A stretch of 64,000 nt of DNA, taken from Candidatus Latescibacterota bacterium. GTDB taxonomy: Bacteria > Latescibacterota > UBA2968. Shown here one piece after another: positions 17,559 to 26,640 of the stretch. Below the pieces are notes generated by a model that was given only the letters and a program-made list of their open reading frames with translations, ran no database searches and was not told the DNA's origin. The stretch is from the NCBI GenBank assembly GCA_965204375.1, contig OZ241986.1, positions 448,001 to 512,000 on the forward strand, written 5' to 3'. How positions within the stretch are numbered: the first letter of the stretch is position 1; each line of letters begins with the position of its first letter. The translations under genes were made by a program, and so were the position numbers.

Positions 17559-18227
17559 ATGAGCGTACTGAACGCTGATGTCATGTCGTTAGATTTGGAC
17601 ACCTCCATTGTTGACGTAGCCAGAGCACATAACTATCGCGGCTTTATTTTTCATGAACAAGGCGATTTAGATCGGGCCATTGAAGACTTCAACAGTGCGA
17701 TAGAGTTGAATCCAAATTATGCCGATGCTTATTATAATCGCGGGATTGTTTATGGCAGAAAAAATATGCTTGACGATGCTATCAAAGACTTTAGCGAGGC
17801 GATTAAATTGAAACCGGACTATGCCAAAGCCTATTACAGTCGGGGTGCTGCTTACGGATATAAAGGTGAGTATGACGATGCCATCAAAGATTTTGACAAG
17901 GCAATTGAACTGAACCGACATAATGCTGTTGCCTATAACAATCGCGGCAGTGCTTATCGCAGAAACGGCCAGATTGAGGAGGCGATAACAGACTATAATG
18001 AGGCGATACGGCTGAAGCCAGATTTTATCGATGCCTATAACAATCGTGGCCTTGTCAGGTTACAATTGGGCGAATCGGAAAAAGCCAAATTAGACCTTAG
18101 CAAAGCCAGATTCATGGGGGGAGATATCGCCGAGGCATTTCAGAAAATCCATGGAAGCGTTGCGGACTTCGAGCAGGAATATGGCATTACGTTGCCGGAA
18201 GACATCGCAACGATGCTGGCAAAATAG
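17559..18227 (+). CDS. Tetratricopeptide repeat protein (5 TPRs)
   Basis: 34-aa repeats AYYNRG...AIKDF..AI.L.P; C-terminal SVADFEQEYGITLPEDIATML tail. Confidence 0.92.
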   Translation: MSVLNADVMSLDLDTSIVDVARAHNYRGFIFHEQGDLDRAIEDFNSAIELNPNYADAYYNRGIVYGRKNMLDDAIKDFSEAIKLKPDYAKAYYSRGAAYGYKGEYDDAIKDFDKAIELNRHNAVAYNNRGSAYRRNGQIEEAITDYNEAIRLKPDFIDAYNNRGLVRLQLGESEKAKLDLSKARFMGGDIAEAFQKIHGSVADFEQEYGITLPEDIATMLAK

Positions 18228-18392
18228 TAGAAATCAAGAACACGCAGGGGCTACCAGATAATCAGTGAGTACAAGGATCCGATTCCCCAACTGGAGACCA
18301 CAGTAGGCATAGCTGAGGTTGAAGTTAAGCCATCACAGGCGGCAAGGGCAAGTTAATCAGGAAATTCAGACACAAAATTCAAAGGACTGAGA

Positions 18393-18680
18393 ATGGTACT
18401 CAATCTCAAAGAAGCTGGCAGCAAGTTCCAGGAATTGGTTCAATCTCTTAGATCTTCTAACGAAGCGTGTGAAGTTAGAAATGAAGCTGGGCAGATGGTG
18501 GCAGTTGTGTTGCCTGTAGAACGCTATCGACTCTATCAGCAGGAGTGGGAAAAGGACTTCGTTGCGGTTGACCAAATCCGGGATAAGATGAGGGACAATG
18601 ATCCCGATTACGTCGAGACACAGATCGTGAAAGCTGTCGCTGAGGTCAAGGCCAAATCAGGAGATACCTGTGCCACCTGA
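18393..18680 (+). CDS. Phd/YefM-like antitoxin
   Basis: LKEAGSKFQELV...VRNEAGQMVAVVLPVERY Phd-like pattern; precedes a PIN remnant. Confidence 0.7.
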   Translation: MVLNLKEAGSKFQELVQSLRSSNEACEVRNEAGQMVAVVLPVERYRLYQQEWEKDFVAVDQIRDKMRDNDPDYVETQIVKAVAEVKAKSGDTCAT

Positions 18681-18684
18681 GCGT

Positions 18685-18744
18685 ATGATACGAGTCGTCC
18701 TTGATGTCAATGTAATCGTGAGTTCCATGCCAACGTCCCCTTAG
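18685..18744 (+). pseudogene. Truncated PIN-domain toxin
   Basis: MIRVVLDVNVIVSSMPTSP* is the PIN N-terminal VVLDxNV motif followed by an early stop. Confidence 0.75.
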
Positions 18745-18794
18745 AAGAATATAATATGTTGTAGTGGGCCTTTATTTTGTAGAGGGAGAATTGA

Positions 18795-19397
18795 ATGATG
18801 CTGATCTTTATTTATGGGGCGGTGTGCGTTGCATTCTTGGGAATTGCATTTTGCGTATTCGCTACCATCCGAATGCTCTACAAGGCGTGGCCGCTTCTCG
18901 ATGTCATTGCCACCAACGCTACTAACGACGACAACACTGCGACCGAGTACTTCGTCAACCTGCTGGACGAAGCAGAAAAGAAAATGACCATCTATGATGA
19001 TGGCAATAATATGGAAGGATCAATATATAATGATCCTAAAGTCATCGATAATGTGCATAATAAATTGAAACAGAATCCTGACTTCAAGATACAGTGCTTC
19101 TTTAACTTTGATCACGACCTGCTTTTTAGGAAAGCGTTTGGGAACCATACCCGAGTAGATATTCGGACAGGTGACAATGTAGAATCAAAGGATGTTCACT
19201 ACAAGATCATTGACGATGGCAGAAAAGCGTATCTGTCGCGACACGATTTTAGTGCCAATAAGCGGAACTTCAGACGGATTGATTGCACCAGAGTTCGGCG
19301 CGATCTCGAACATGTGACAAATGCTGTCCTTGGGGAATATAAAAAGGATATTGAGCAAAAGTTCGGCCCATCCAACACTGCGAAGCTGAGCCGATAG
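18795..19397 (+). CDS. Membrane-anchored protein with phospholipase D-like domain
   Basis: N-terminal TM helix; LLDEAEKKMTIYD and single HYKIIDDG (HKD variant); GGGAG RBS. Confidence 0.6.
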   Translation: MMLIFIYGAVCVAFLGIAFCVFATIRMLYKAWPLLDVIATNATNDDNTATEYFVNLLDEAEKKMTIYDDGNNMEGSIYNDPKVIDNVHNKLKQNPDFKIQCFFNFDHDLLFRKAFGNHTRVDIRTGDNVESKDVHYKIIDDGRKAYLSRHDFSANKRNFRRIDCTRVRRDLEHVTNAVLGEYKKDIEQKFGPSNTAKLSR

Positions 19398-19406
19398 GAG
19401 TCGCCG

Positions 19407-19775
19407 ATGCCCGATTTCCCACCAATACAACTATACGCAATATTAGCCATCGCTGTTACCATAGCATCGATATTTTCCGCATTCATCCGCGAACCAACCA
19501 CGACTTTTGTCCCACCCGAGAGAAAGAAAGTACTGTTGGGGCTGTTGGGATTTTACATCGGAGCATGGGTTAATGTGGTTGGCCTGGTTTGCTACTTGCT
19601 TGGCTACGTGTCCTGGCAAATGCTGGCTTTGGACCAATCACCAGTGGTTCACATTTTTCATCTGGTGGTTCACATTTTTCATCTTGGTGTGCTGGCAGTG
19701 GGATTGTATATGAGCACGTTGATTTTTAAGGAGATGTGGAAGCACCACATAAGCGGCAGCGTCTCGGCACCTTAG
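19407..19775 (+). CDS. Small membrane protein (about 3 TM helices)
   Basis: TAGGAG RBS just after the upstream stop; three hydrophobic segments. Confidence 0.65.
   Translation: MPDFPPIQLYAILAIAVTIASIFSAFIREPTTTFVPPERKKVLLGLLGFYIGAWVNVVGLVCYLLGYVSWQMLALDQSPVVHIFHLVVHIFHLGVLAVGLYMSTLIFKEMWKHHISGSVSAP
19644..19684 (+). repeat. 21-bp in-frame tandem duplication (VVHIFHL x2)
   Basis: gtggttcacatttttcatct at 19644-19663 and 19665-19684. Confidence 0.95.
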
Positions 19776-19811
19776 GCCCACTGAATCCACGAAGTATCAA
19801 TGGCAATAATT

Positions 19812-19842
19812 TAGGCCCTGCAACAAGTGGTGGGCCTTTTTT
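19812..19842 (+). terminator. Intrinsic terminator
   Basis: aggccc...gggcc hairpin with long T-tract between convergent genes. Confidence 0.6.
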
Positions 19843-19861
19843 TAATACTGAAGCTTTGACC

Positions 19862-20644
19862 CTACGCATTTTCCAGCACATCTCTCATTGCTTTTCCCTC
19901 TTCGCGGAACCATTGCATTAAGATGCTCACATCGGTTCCCACGCAAAAGTGTTTCACGCCCATGTCCAAATATCGCTTCGCGCCTTTGGCGTCTCCGAGT
20001 TCCGCCCGGGGCGCGATGCCCATTTTAAGCGATGTTTCGATCACGTATTTTTCGGCTTCTTGTACTTTTTCCCTATCATAGCCCGTACTTAGAGAATAGT
20101 CTCCCGGTCCGAATTGTATCATATCTAAGCCCGGCACGGAAAGCAGGGCTTCTAAATTTTCGACCGCTTCCTTCTTTTCGATCATGATCGCAATAACGGA
20201 ATCGCGACACGATTGAATAAATTCAGATCCTCCCGTATCCATACCAAACCGCACGTACCGGCGCATATTTACTCCGTGATGCCCGCCATCCGCTGGCGTG
20301 TCAGGTCGTACGGTTTCCACACACGCCGCCACATCTTCTACTGTACGCACGTCGGCGAATAAAACATTTTGAATGCCCGCACCTATGGCGCGATTTGCAA
20401 TGTGTCCACGCGGATCTTCCTCGACTTTGATCATCGCCGACATATCGTCGAACAGATCGATAGCTCGGCCGATATTATCCATCGTGTGTAAATCGTAGGG
20501 GGCGTATTCCGATACGTATTCGATATAATCGAACTGTCCCGAATATCCCACCATTTCAAATACCGATGGCCACGGGCTGTGTACGTGGGTTCCCAGGCTG
20601 GGTTGATCGGCATTGAGCAATTCTCGTAGCTTATTGCGGCGCAT
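19862..20644 (-). CDS. HpcH/HpaI aldolase family protein (intact)
   Basis: EYAPYD, IMIEK, QFGPGDYS and CVGTD motifs. Confidence 0.9.
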   Translation of the reverse strand: MRRNKLRELLNADQPSLGTHVHSPWPSVFEMVGYSGQFDYIEYVSEYAPYDLHTMDNIGRAIDLFDDMSAMIKVEEDPRGHIANRAIGAGIQNVLFADVRTVEDVAACVETVRPDTPADGGHHGVNMRRYVRFGMDTGGSEFIQSCRDSVIAIMIEKKEAVENLEALLSVPGLDMIQFGPGDYSLSTGYDREKVQEAEKYVIETSLKMGIAPRAELGDAKGAKRYLDMGVKHFCVGTDVSILMQWFREEGKAMRDVLENA

Positions 20645-20757
20645 GCTTCCTCCTTGAAGGTGTTATGGTAGGGCGTCTTATTTCCTATGAATACGCAAAA
20701 ATAGCGAGAAAATCCAGTGAACTTCTTTGCACGCATCCAGACCTCGACAATTTTGGG

Positions 20758-20786
20758 TTGCCTCTTGAACAAGATGAAGATATACT
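20758..20786 (+). promoter_or_regulatory. sigma70-like promoter TTGCCT-17bp-TATACT upstream of the DUF1800 operon
   Basis: Hexamers with 17-bp spacer at the edge of a very AT-rich intergenic region. Confidence 0.5.
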
Positions 20787-20919
20787 ATTAGTAAATATTA
20801 TAAAAATTTATTTTTTATAGAATATTTAATCTAAAACATTTAAAAACAGCAGTTTGTTATTTCGATTACTGGGGTATAGCAAGCACAACCAACGAGGTAT
20901 TTCAGCAAAGGGGGAAACA

Positions 20920-22308
20920 ATGTCGAATACCGATATTGCGTTGATGGCCCACCTGATGCGTCGCGCCGGGTTTGGGGCCACGAGAACAGAATTGGAGGAG
21001 TATGTCGAGAAGGGCTACGAAAACGTCGTGGAAGATCTGGTCGAGCCGGAGCGCTGCGATTCCATTGATGAGGATATTTTGCACCGTTATTTTGGCAGCT
21101 TTGAAGCGGGTTACGTCGAGAAATGGATGTACCGAATGATCCGCAGCAAGCGCCCGCTCGAAGAAAAAATGGCTCTTTTCTGGCATCACGTATTCGCCAC
21201 CGGGGTGGGGAAAAATCAGCACCTTCTCGCCTCTGCTCGCCAGATCGATACCTTCCGTCGCGTGGGGCTTTCAAATATGCGGGAAATTCTGATTGAGCTA
21301 TCCAAAGATCCTGCCATGATCTTCTGGCTGGATAACAATGAAAACCGCAAGGGCGAGCCTAATGAAAACTACGGCAGGGAGTTGTTGGAACTCTTTTCGA
21401 TGGGTGTTGGCAATTACACAGAAGACGATATTAAAAACTGTGCCCGCGCCTTTACGGGATGGACATTCGCGCAGCCGCCGCCTCTGTATCCACAGGGTTT
21501 CTACGATGCGAAATTCGTTTTCCTCGAAGAAGACCACGACGATGGGGAAAAGACTTTTTTGGGACATACGGGCAATTTCAATGGCGACGATATCGTCGAT
21601 ATCATCGTCGAGCAACCTGCCTGCGCCAAGTTCATATCCAGGCATCTCTACAACTTTTTTGTCGCGGACGAGCCGCAGGTCCCATCCTGGCATGTGACCC
21701 CGCCTCAGGATCCCGAAGCGATTGAAACTCTGTCAAACGCTTTTATGGAGTCGAAAGGCGATATGCGCCATGTTCTTAGAACACTTTTCAACTCTGACTT
21801 CTTCAAGGAAGCGCGAGGGAAAAAGGTGAAAAGTCCTACCGAACTCGTTACAGGTATTCTGAAGCTGATCGGTACCTATGAACGTCCCGATCCGGGTATG
21901 GGAAGATATTCGGGTGCCACCACGTTAATGGGGCAGAAATTGCTGGATCCTCCGACTGTGGAAGGCTGGCACACCGGCAGGGAATGGATTGATGGCGGCA
22001 CGCTGACTGAGCGCGTGAATTTCGCTGTTCGCGAGGTAAGCGATGCGTCCAAGCCTGGCATACGTGGAATCATCGATCGGCTCAAAGCCGAGGGGCGGGC
22101 GCTCGCTCCTGATGAGTTCGTAGAGAAATGTCTGGATCTCGCAGGTCCTATGACCGTGAGTGATACGACCCGCGAATCTTTGAACAAATTTGCGGAATCA
22201 GGTGGCGATCTCGATCTATCCGCGGACAACGGATCTGAAGAGAGTACTGATCGCGTGATACAGATGTTGCAACTCATTGTCGCTTCGAGAGAATATCAAT
22301 TTGCGTAG
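20920..22308 (+). CDS. DUF1800 domain protein
   Basis: HLMRRAGFG, EKMALFWHHVF, DPAMIFWLDN and PNENYGRELLELFSMG motifs. Confidence 0.92.
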   Translation: MSNTDIALMAHLMRRAGFGATRTELEEYVEKGYENVVEDLVEPERCDSIDEDILHRYFGSFEAGYVEKWMYRMIRSKRPLEEKMALFWHHVFATGVGKNQHLLASARQIDTFRRVGLSNMREILIELSKDPAMIFWLDNNENRKGEPNENYGRELLELFSMGVGNYTEDDIKNCARAFTGWTFAQPPPLYPQGFYDAKFVFLEEDHDDGEKTFLGHTGNFNGDDIVDIIVEQPACAKFISRHLYNFFVADEPQVPSWHVTPPQDPEAIETLSNAFMESKGDMRHVLRTLFNSDFFKEARGKKVKSPTELVTGILKLIGTYERPDPGMGRYSGATTLMGQKLLDPPTVEGWHTGREWIDGGTLTERVNFAVREVSDASKPGIRGIIDRLKAEGRALAPDEFVEKCLDLAGPMTVSDTTRESLNKFAESGGDLDLSADNGSEESTDRVIQMLQLIVASREYQFA

Positions 22309-22329
22309 CGTTCTGAAAGGAGGAATAAA

Positions 22330-23466
22330 ATGGCTTATAGAGACCCAATCCTCGTCATTGTTGAATTGAAGGGCGGCAATGACTTCATGAATACAATTAT
22401 CCCTTATACCAACGGCATATACCACGATTGTCGGCCCATTGTGGGGCTTCGTCAGGATGAGGTTTTGCCGATGAACGACACTCTGGCCTGGCATCCCAAT
22501 ACGGTGCCCCTGAAGGAGATGTTTGAGCAGGGTGATGTGGCGATTGTGCAGGGTATCGGGTATCCCGACTCGAGCCGATCGCATTTCAGGGCTATGGATG
22601 TCTGGCATACCTGCGAACCCATAGATATTGGCACTGAGGGCTGGTTGGGCAGAGTAGTTCGGGATCTGGATCCGAAGGGAGAAAATGTCCTGACGGGCAT
22701 TAACTTCGGAAAAGGACTTTCCCGAGCACTGGCCGTTTCTGGCGTTCCCGTGACATCTGTTGACGATCTCGACAATTACGGCTTGATGACCAGCATCAAA
22801 GAAGACCCAAAGCGAATGCAGGCGATTGAAATATTCAAGACTATGTACGAACCCGCGATTGGTACGGGTGTGGTGATGGATTATCTTTCACAAACGGGCC
22901 TGGATGTCATCAGAGGTTCCGATGAGTTGAAGAAGGCTCCGGCAATGTATCAGTCCGATGTGGAGTACGGAAGCAATTCGATTGCGAAGGCACTGAGAGA
23001 TGTCGCGCGCGTTCACCTTGCCGGTCTCGGTACAAGGATTTTTTACACGCAGCACGGGGGCTATGACCACCATGCAAATGAAATGCCGTCACATCCCAAG
23101 TTGCTGACGGAGCTGTCGGAAGCAATCCGCGATTTCTTTCAGGATCTGCGGAATCACAATGCCTCGCAAGAGATTGTCATGCTTGTTTTCTCAGAGTTTG
23201 GGCGGCGTATGAGGGACAACGCCAGTGGCACTGACCACGGTACAGGTGGCGGTGCATTTATCATCGGTGATGGTGTAAATGGCGGGTTATATGCAGAATA
23301 TCCCTCTCTTGATCCCTCCCGATGGGCCAATGGAGAAGATCTGGAACACACGATTGACTTCCGCGGCATATACGCAACGCTCCTGGAACAATGGATGGGA
23401 ATGGATGCCACCCCGATTGTGGATGGGACATTTGAACAGATCCAGCCTTTTAAAGAGGCCGTGTGA
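22330..23466 (+). CDS. DUF1501 domain protein (no Tat signal)
   Basis: GGNDFMN, RSHF, GGYDHH, FSEFGRR and GTDHG motifs. Confidence 0.92.
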   Translation: MAYRDPILVIVELKGGNDFMNTIIPYTNGIYHDCRPIVGLRQDEVLPMNDTLAWHPNTVPLKEMFEQGDVAIVQGIGYPDSSRSHFRAMDVWHTCEPIDIGTEGWLGRVVRDLDPKGENVLTGINFGKGLSRALAVSGVPVTSVDDLDNYGLMTSIKEDPKRMQAIEIFKTMYEPAIGTGVVMDYLSQTGLDVIRGSDELKKAPAMYQSDVEYGSNSIAKALRDVARVHLAGLGTRIFYTQHGGYDHHANEMPSHPKLLTELSEAIRDFFQDLRNHNASQEIVMLVFSEFGRRMRDNASGTDHGTGGGAFIIGDGVNGGLYAEYPSLDPSRWANGEDLEHTIDFRGIYATLLEQWMGMDATPIVDGTFEQIQPFKEAV

Positions 23467-23487
23467 TATTGAAAAGGGAGGTGAATT

Positions 23488-24483
23488 ATGGGCAGACCTT
23501 ATGGCCTGTTGCGGGCAGGGTTTCCATTTTACAAGACGCTGGGTATGAGGCGGCTGACGAATTTTCCGATCGATATTGCCCTGGGCAAGGAAGGCTGTCT
23601 CTACATATTGTGTCGGAACAGAGATGCATCGACGATTAGAAAATACCACATTGATGACAAAGATCTGGGTACCGTCGGTCGTGGGCTTACGTGGGCGGTT
23701 GCAATTATTGCCGATAGCGAGGAGAATCTCTATGTCTCCGACGAGGCCAAGCATTGTATTTTGTCCTTTGACAAAGATGGCAAAGAGTTGGGGAAATGGG
23801 GTGAGCACGGCGATGGCGATGGACAACTGAACGGTCCGGCGGGTATCGCCTTCGATGCAGAAGAGAATATCTATGTTGCTGACAGCCTGAATCACAGAGT
23901 CCAGAAGTTTACCAAAGATGGTGAATTTATCTCAAAGTGGGGGAGGTTTGGCGATGGGGAGGGCGAGTTTAACATGCCCTGGGGGCTCACAGTGGATGAA
24001 CTGGGCGATGTTTATGTCGCAGATTGGCGAAATGACAGGGTTCAGAAGTTCACCGGTGACGGGGAGTTTATCTTCGCGTTCGGCAAGTCGGGTAGCGGAA
24101 ATGGCGAGCTAAATAGACCGACGGGTGTGGCCGTAGATGAGCATGGCGATGTTTATGTTTCGGACTCGGGAAATGACCGGGTACAATTGTTCAATTCCGA
24201 GTCGAGGTACGTGCAGAAATTCCTGGGGGATGCAACCCTGTCAACGGTCGCAGTTGAATACATGATGACCAATGCCGGCCCAAATCGCCTGAGGGATATG
24301 GCAGACCTCGAGCCACAAAAGTACTTTCGGCGTCCGGGAGGGGTGGCTGTGAATGGAGATGGGCTGATGTTTGTGGCGGACAATGGCTCCTATCGAGTGC
24401 AGGTCTATCAGAAGCAGGCCATCCCGCTCACAGAAGAGCAGTTTTCCGCGCCGAGACGTTCGCCTACGCTTCACCAGGAATAG
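23488..24483 (+). CDS. NHL-repeat beta-propeller protein
   Basis: Repeated GxFNxPxGIAVD..GxVYVAD..N.RVQKF units. Confidence 0.92.
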   Translation: MGRPYGLLRAGFPFYKTLGMRRLTNFPIDIALGKEGCLYILCRNRDASTIRKYHIDDKDLGTVGRGLTWAVAIIADSEENLYVSDEAKHCILSFDKDGKELGKWGEHGDGDGQLNGPAGIAFDAEENIYVADSLNHRVQKFTKDGEFISKWGRFGDGEGEFNMPWGLTVDELGDVYVADWRNDRVQKFTGDGEFIFAFGKSGSGNGELNRPTGVAVDEHGDVYVSDSGNDRVQLFNSESRYVQKFLGDATLSTVAVEYMMTNAGPNRLRDMADLEPQKYFRRPGGVAVNGDGLMFVADNGSYRVQVYQKQAIPLTEEQFSAPRRSPTLHQE

Positions 24484-24502
24484 GCTGAACGCGTCGAATA
24501 CG

Positions 24503-24534
24503 AAGGCCCTCAGTTTTCGCTGGGGGCTTTTTTT
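24503..24534 (+). terminator. Intrinsic terminator
   Basis: aaggccctcag-ttttcg-ctgggggc followed by T-tract. Confidence 0.75.
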
Positions 24535-24569
24535 ATAATTCCTTACCCTGTGTGCAAAGAACGCATCCG

Positions 24570-26537
24570 ATGAGCAATCCTTTACAAGCACACCAGTTGT
24601 CGGCGGGAGAGCGAGAGCCATCGGTGCGCCCGGGCGCTATTGTCCTGGGGGTAGTGCTCACATTTTGCATCAACGGCTTCGATCCTATCTCCCGCTACTT
24701 GATCCACTCTTCCTCGTTCACACACAGCCAGATGCCCTTTGCACTGCTGGTGGGGCTTCTGCTCCTGGGCTATCTCTACAATCCCCTCGTGCGGAGGCGG
24801 TTTCCCCGTTTCGCTTTGACGCGGCGGGATATGGCTGCGGTGCTCGCCATTGGATTTCTCGGCACAACAGTACCCACTCTCGCCCAGCGATTTGTAGCTG
24901 TAATCTCGGCTCCGGATTACTACGCTTCTCCGGAAAATGAATGGCCCACCTACACCCTGCCCAATTTGCAGCGCTGGTTGTTCCCCAGCAATGCCGGAGA
25001 TGGCGTTGGGATGTTCTATCGCGGGCTGGTTCCCGGTGCGCCTTTGCCCTGGGAGATATGGGTCGGTCCGCTCTTCTGGTGGTTCAGTCTGCTTGTAGCT
25101 ATCATGCTGGCCTGTTTCTGTCTTGCAGTCATTTTGAGAAAACAGTGGTCGGAAAGCGAGCGTCTGGCATTCCCCTTTGTCGAGCTTTCGCTAATGCTGG
25201 TAGAGAATCCCGGTCCCGGACGGAATCTACCCCAATTTTTCGGCCTGCCCCTTTTCTGGATTGGGTTTGCGATTCCGGCAATCATGCTCTTCTGGAACAC
25301 GACGGGCCACTTCTTTCCGGGGCTTCCCACATTCGCATTTCTCAATATTAGAACACTGCTTCCCATCGGACGTGGATTTATGCCTTTCTTTCTCCAGTTC
25401 GATTTTTACGTCATTTGTTTTGCTTATTTCACTACCCTGGAAATTCTCCTGTCGATGTGGCTTTTTCACATTTTGGGCATGTTGCAGGCTGGCATTTCCA
25501 ACCGCATCGGATTTGGCCCAAGAGGCTATGGTTCGGGGGTAATCTCTCAGAATAATTATGGCCTGATGGTATTTGTGCTGTGGAGCCTCTGGATCGCACG
25601 CGGGCACATCCGCGATGTCTGGCGCAAAGCAATTGGAAAAGGTCCCGAGGTTGATGATTCGACCGAATTGCTCTCCTATCGCATAGCGACCTTCGGTTTC
25701 ATCCTTGCCAGCCTTTTCATTTTTTTTTGGCTCTGCAAAACCCGGATGAATCCGGGTGTGGCTGTGGCATTTATGTTTTTTAGCTTGATTCTCTATTTAG
25801 GAATGGCCAAGATCGTGGCACTCAGCGGATTGGTGTCTTTACGGGGTTCGGGACCTACCGGACCCGTCAAAGGACTGATCGGCATCTGGAATATGGATGA
25901 TACGACTATTGCGGCTCTGAACCAGATGGGTACGCTTTACGGCAACGCAAAGGGATTTGCCATGCCAGGCGCGGCCAATGCCGCCAGGGCAGGCGACCAC
26001 ACCGATCTCCAAAGGCGCCGCCTGGGTTGCGCAATTCTCATTGGCGGAATCCTCTCAATCCTCGCTTTTGTGATCACCACCCTTATTCTGGGTTATTACG
26101 GGCCAGGTGCTGAGAATTTTGGAGACTATAGTTATACGCGGGGCAACCGGGCCTTTTTCAATTATACCGTCTCGGATATCAAAGGGCGCCCAGATGCAGA
26201 ACGGCAATGGTGGGATTTGGGTTTCGGAACCTTTGGGGCAGCGATAACCCTGCTGTTGATTTTTCTCAACCAGCGGTTTCCCTGGTGGCCCCTTCACCCG
26301 GTGGGATTCACCGTTTCCCTCCAGTATCCCACCCGCGCGTCCTTTTTTTCGGTATTTATCGCCTGGCTGATGAAAATAATTGTGCTCAAAGTTGGCGGTA
26401 TTGAGCTTTTTAATCGATCCCGTGTCTTTATCTTTGGCGTCCTCATGGGCTATACGCTGGGTGTTCTGGTTTCTTTTGTTCTGGATATTTTCTTTTTTAT
26501 GGGTCAAGGCCATCGCATGCACACACCGCCGCTGTAA
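24570..26537 (+). CDS. Multi-pass membrane protein, DUF6785/DUF6784 type (putative transporter)
   Basis: YYASPENEW, RKQWSESERLAFP and WWPLHPVGF motifs; many TM helices. Confidence 0.8.
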   Translation: MSNPLQAHQLSAGEREPSVRPGAIVLGVVLTFCINGFDPISRYLIHSSSFTHSQMPFALLVGLLLLGYLYNPLVRRRFPRFALTRRDMAAVLAIGFLGTTVPTLAQRFVAVISAPDYYASPENEWPTYTLPNLQRWLFPSNAGDGVGMFYRGLVPGAPLPWEIWVGPLFWWFSLLVAIMLACFCLAVILRKQWSESERLAFPFVELSLMLVENPGPGRNLPQFFGLPLFWIGFAIPAIMLFWNTTGHFFPGLPTFAFLNIRTLLPIGRGFMPFFLQFDFYVICFAYFTTLEILLSMWLFHILGMLQAGISNRIGFGPRGYGSGVISQNNYGLMVFVLWSLWIARGHIRDVWRKAIGKGPEVDDSTELLSYRIATFGFILASLFIFFWLCKTRMNPGVAVAFMFFSLILYLGMAKIVALSGLVSLRGSGPTGPVKGLIGIWNMDDTTIAALNQMGTLYGNAKGFAMPGAANAARAGDHTDLQRRRLGCAILIGGILSILAFVITTLILGYYGPGAENFGDYSYTRGNRAFFNYTVSDIKGRPDAERQWWDLGFGTFGAAITLLLIFLNQRFPWWPLHPVGFTVSLQYPTRASFFSVFIAWLMKIIVLKVGGIELFNRSRVFIFGVLMGYTLGVLVSFVLDIFFFMGQGHRMHTPPL

Positions 26538-26554
26538 TAAGGGGTGAACCACCC

Positions 26555-26592
26555 AAAAAGCGGAGAAATCCAGTCGTTTTCTCCGCTCTCTT
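26555..26592. repeat. Palindromic element / bidirectional terminator, copy 1
   Basis: aaaaagcggagaaa-tccagtcgt-tttctccgctctctt. Confidence 0.8.
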
Positions 26593-26640
26593 CTTCCCTC
26601 TGTACACAGTTTGAATGTAGCTGGGGCCATTTTTATTGGG

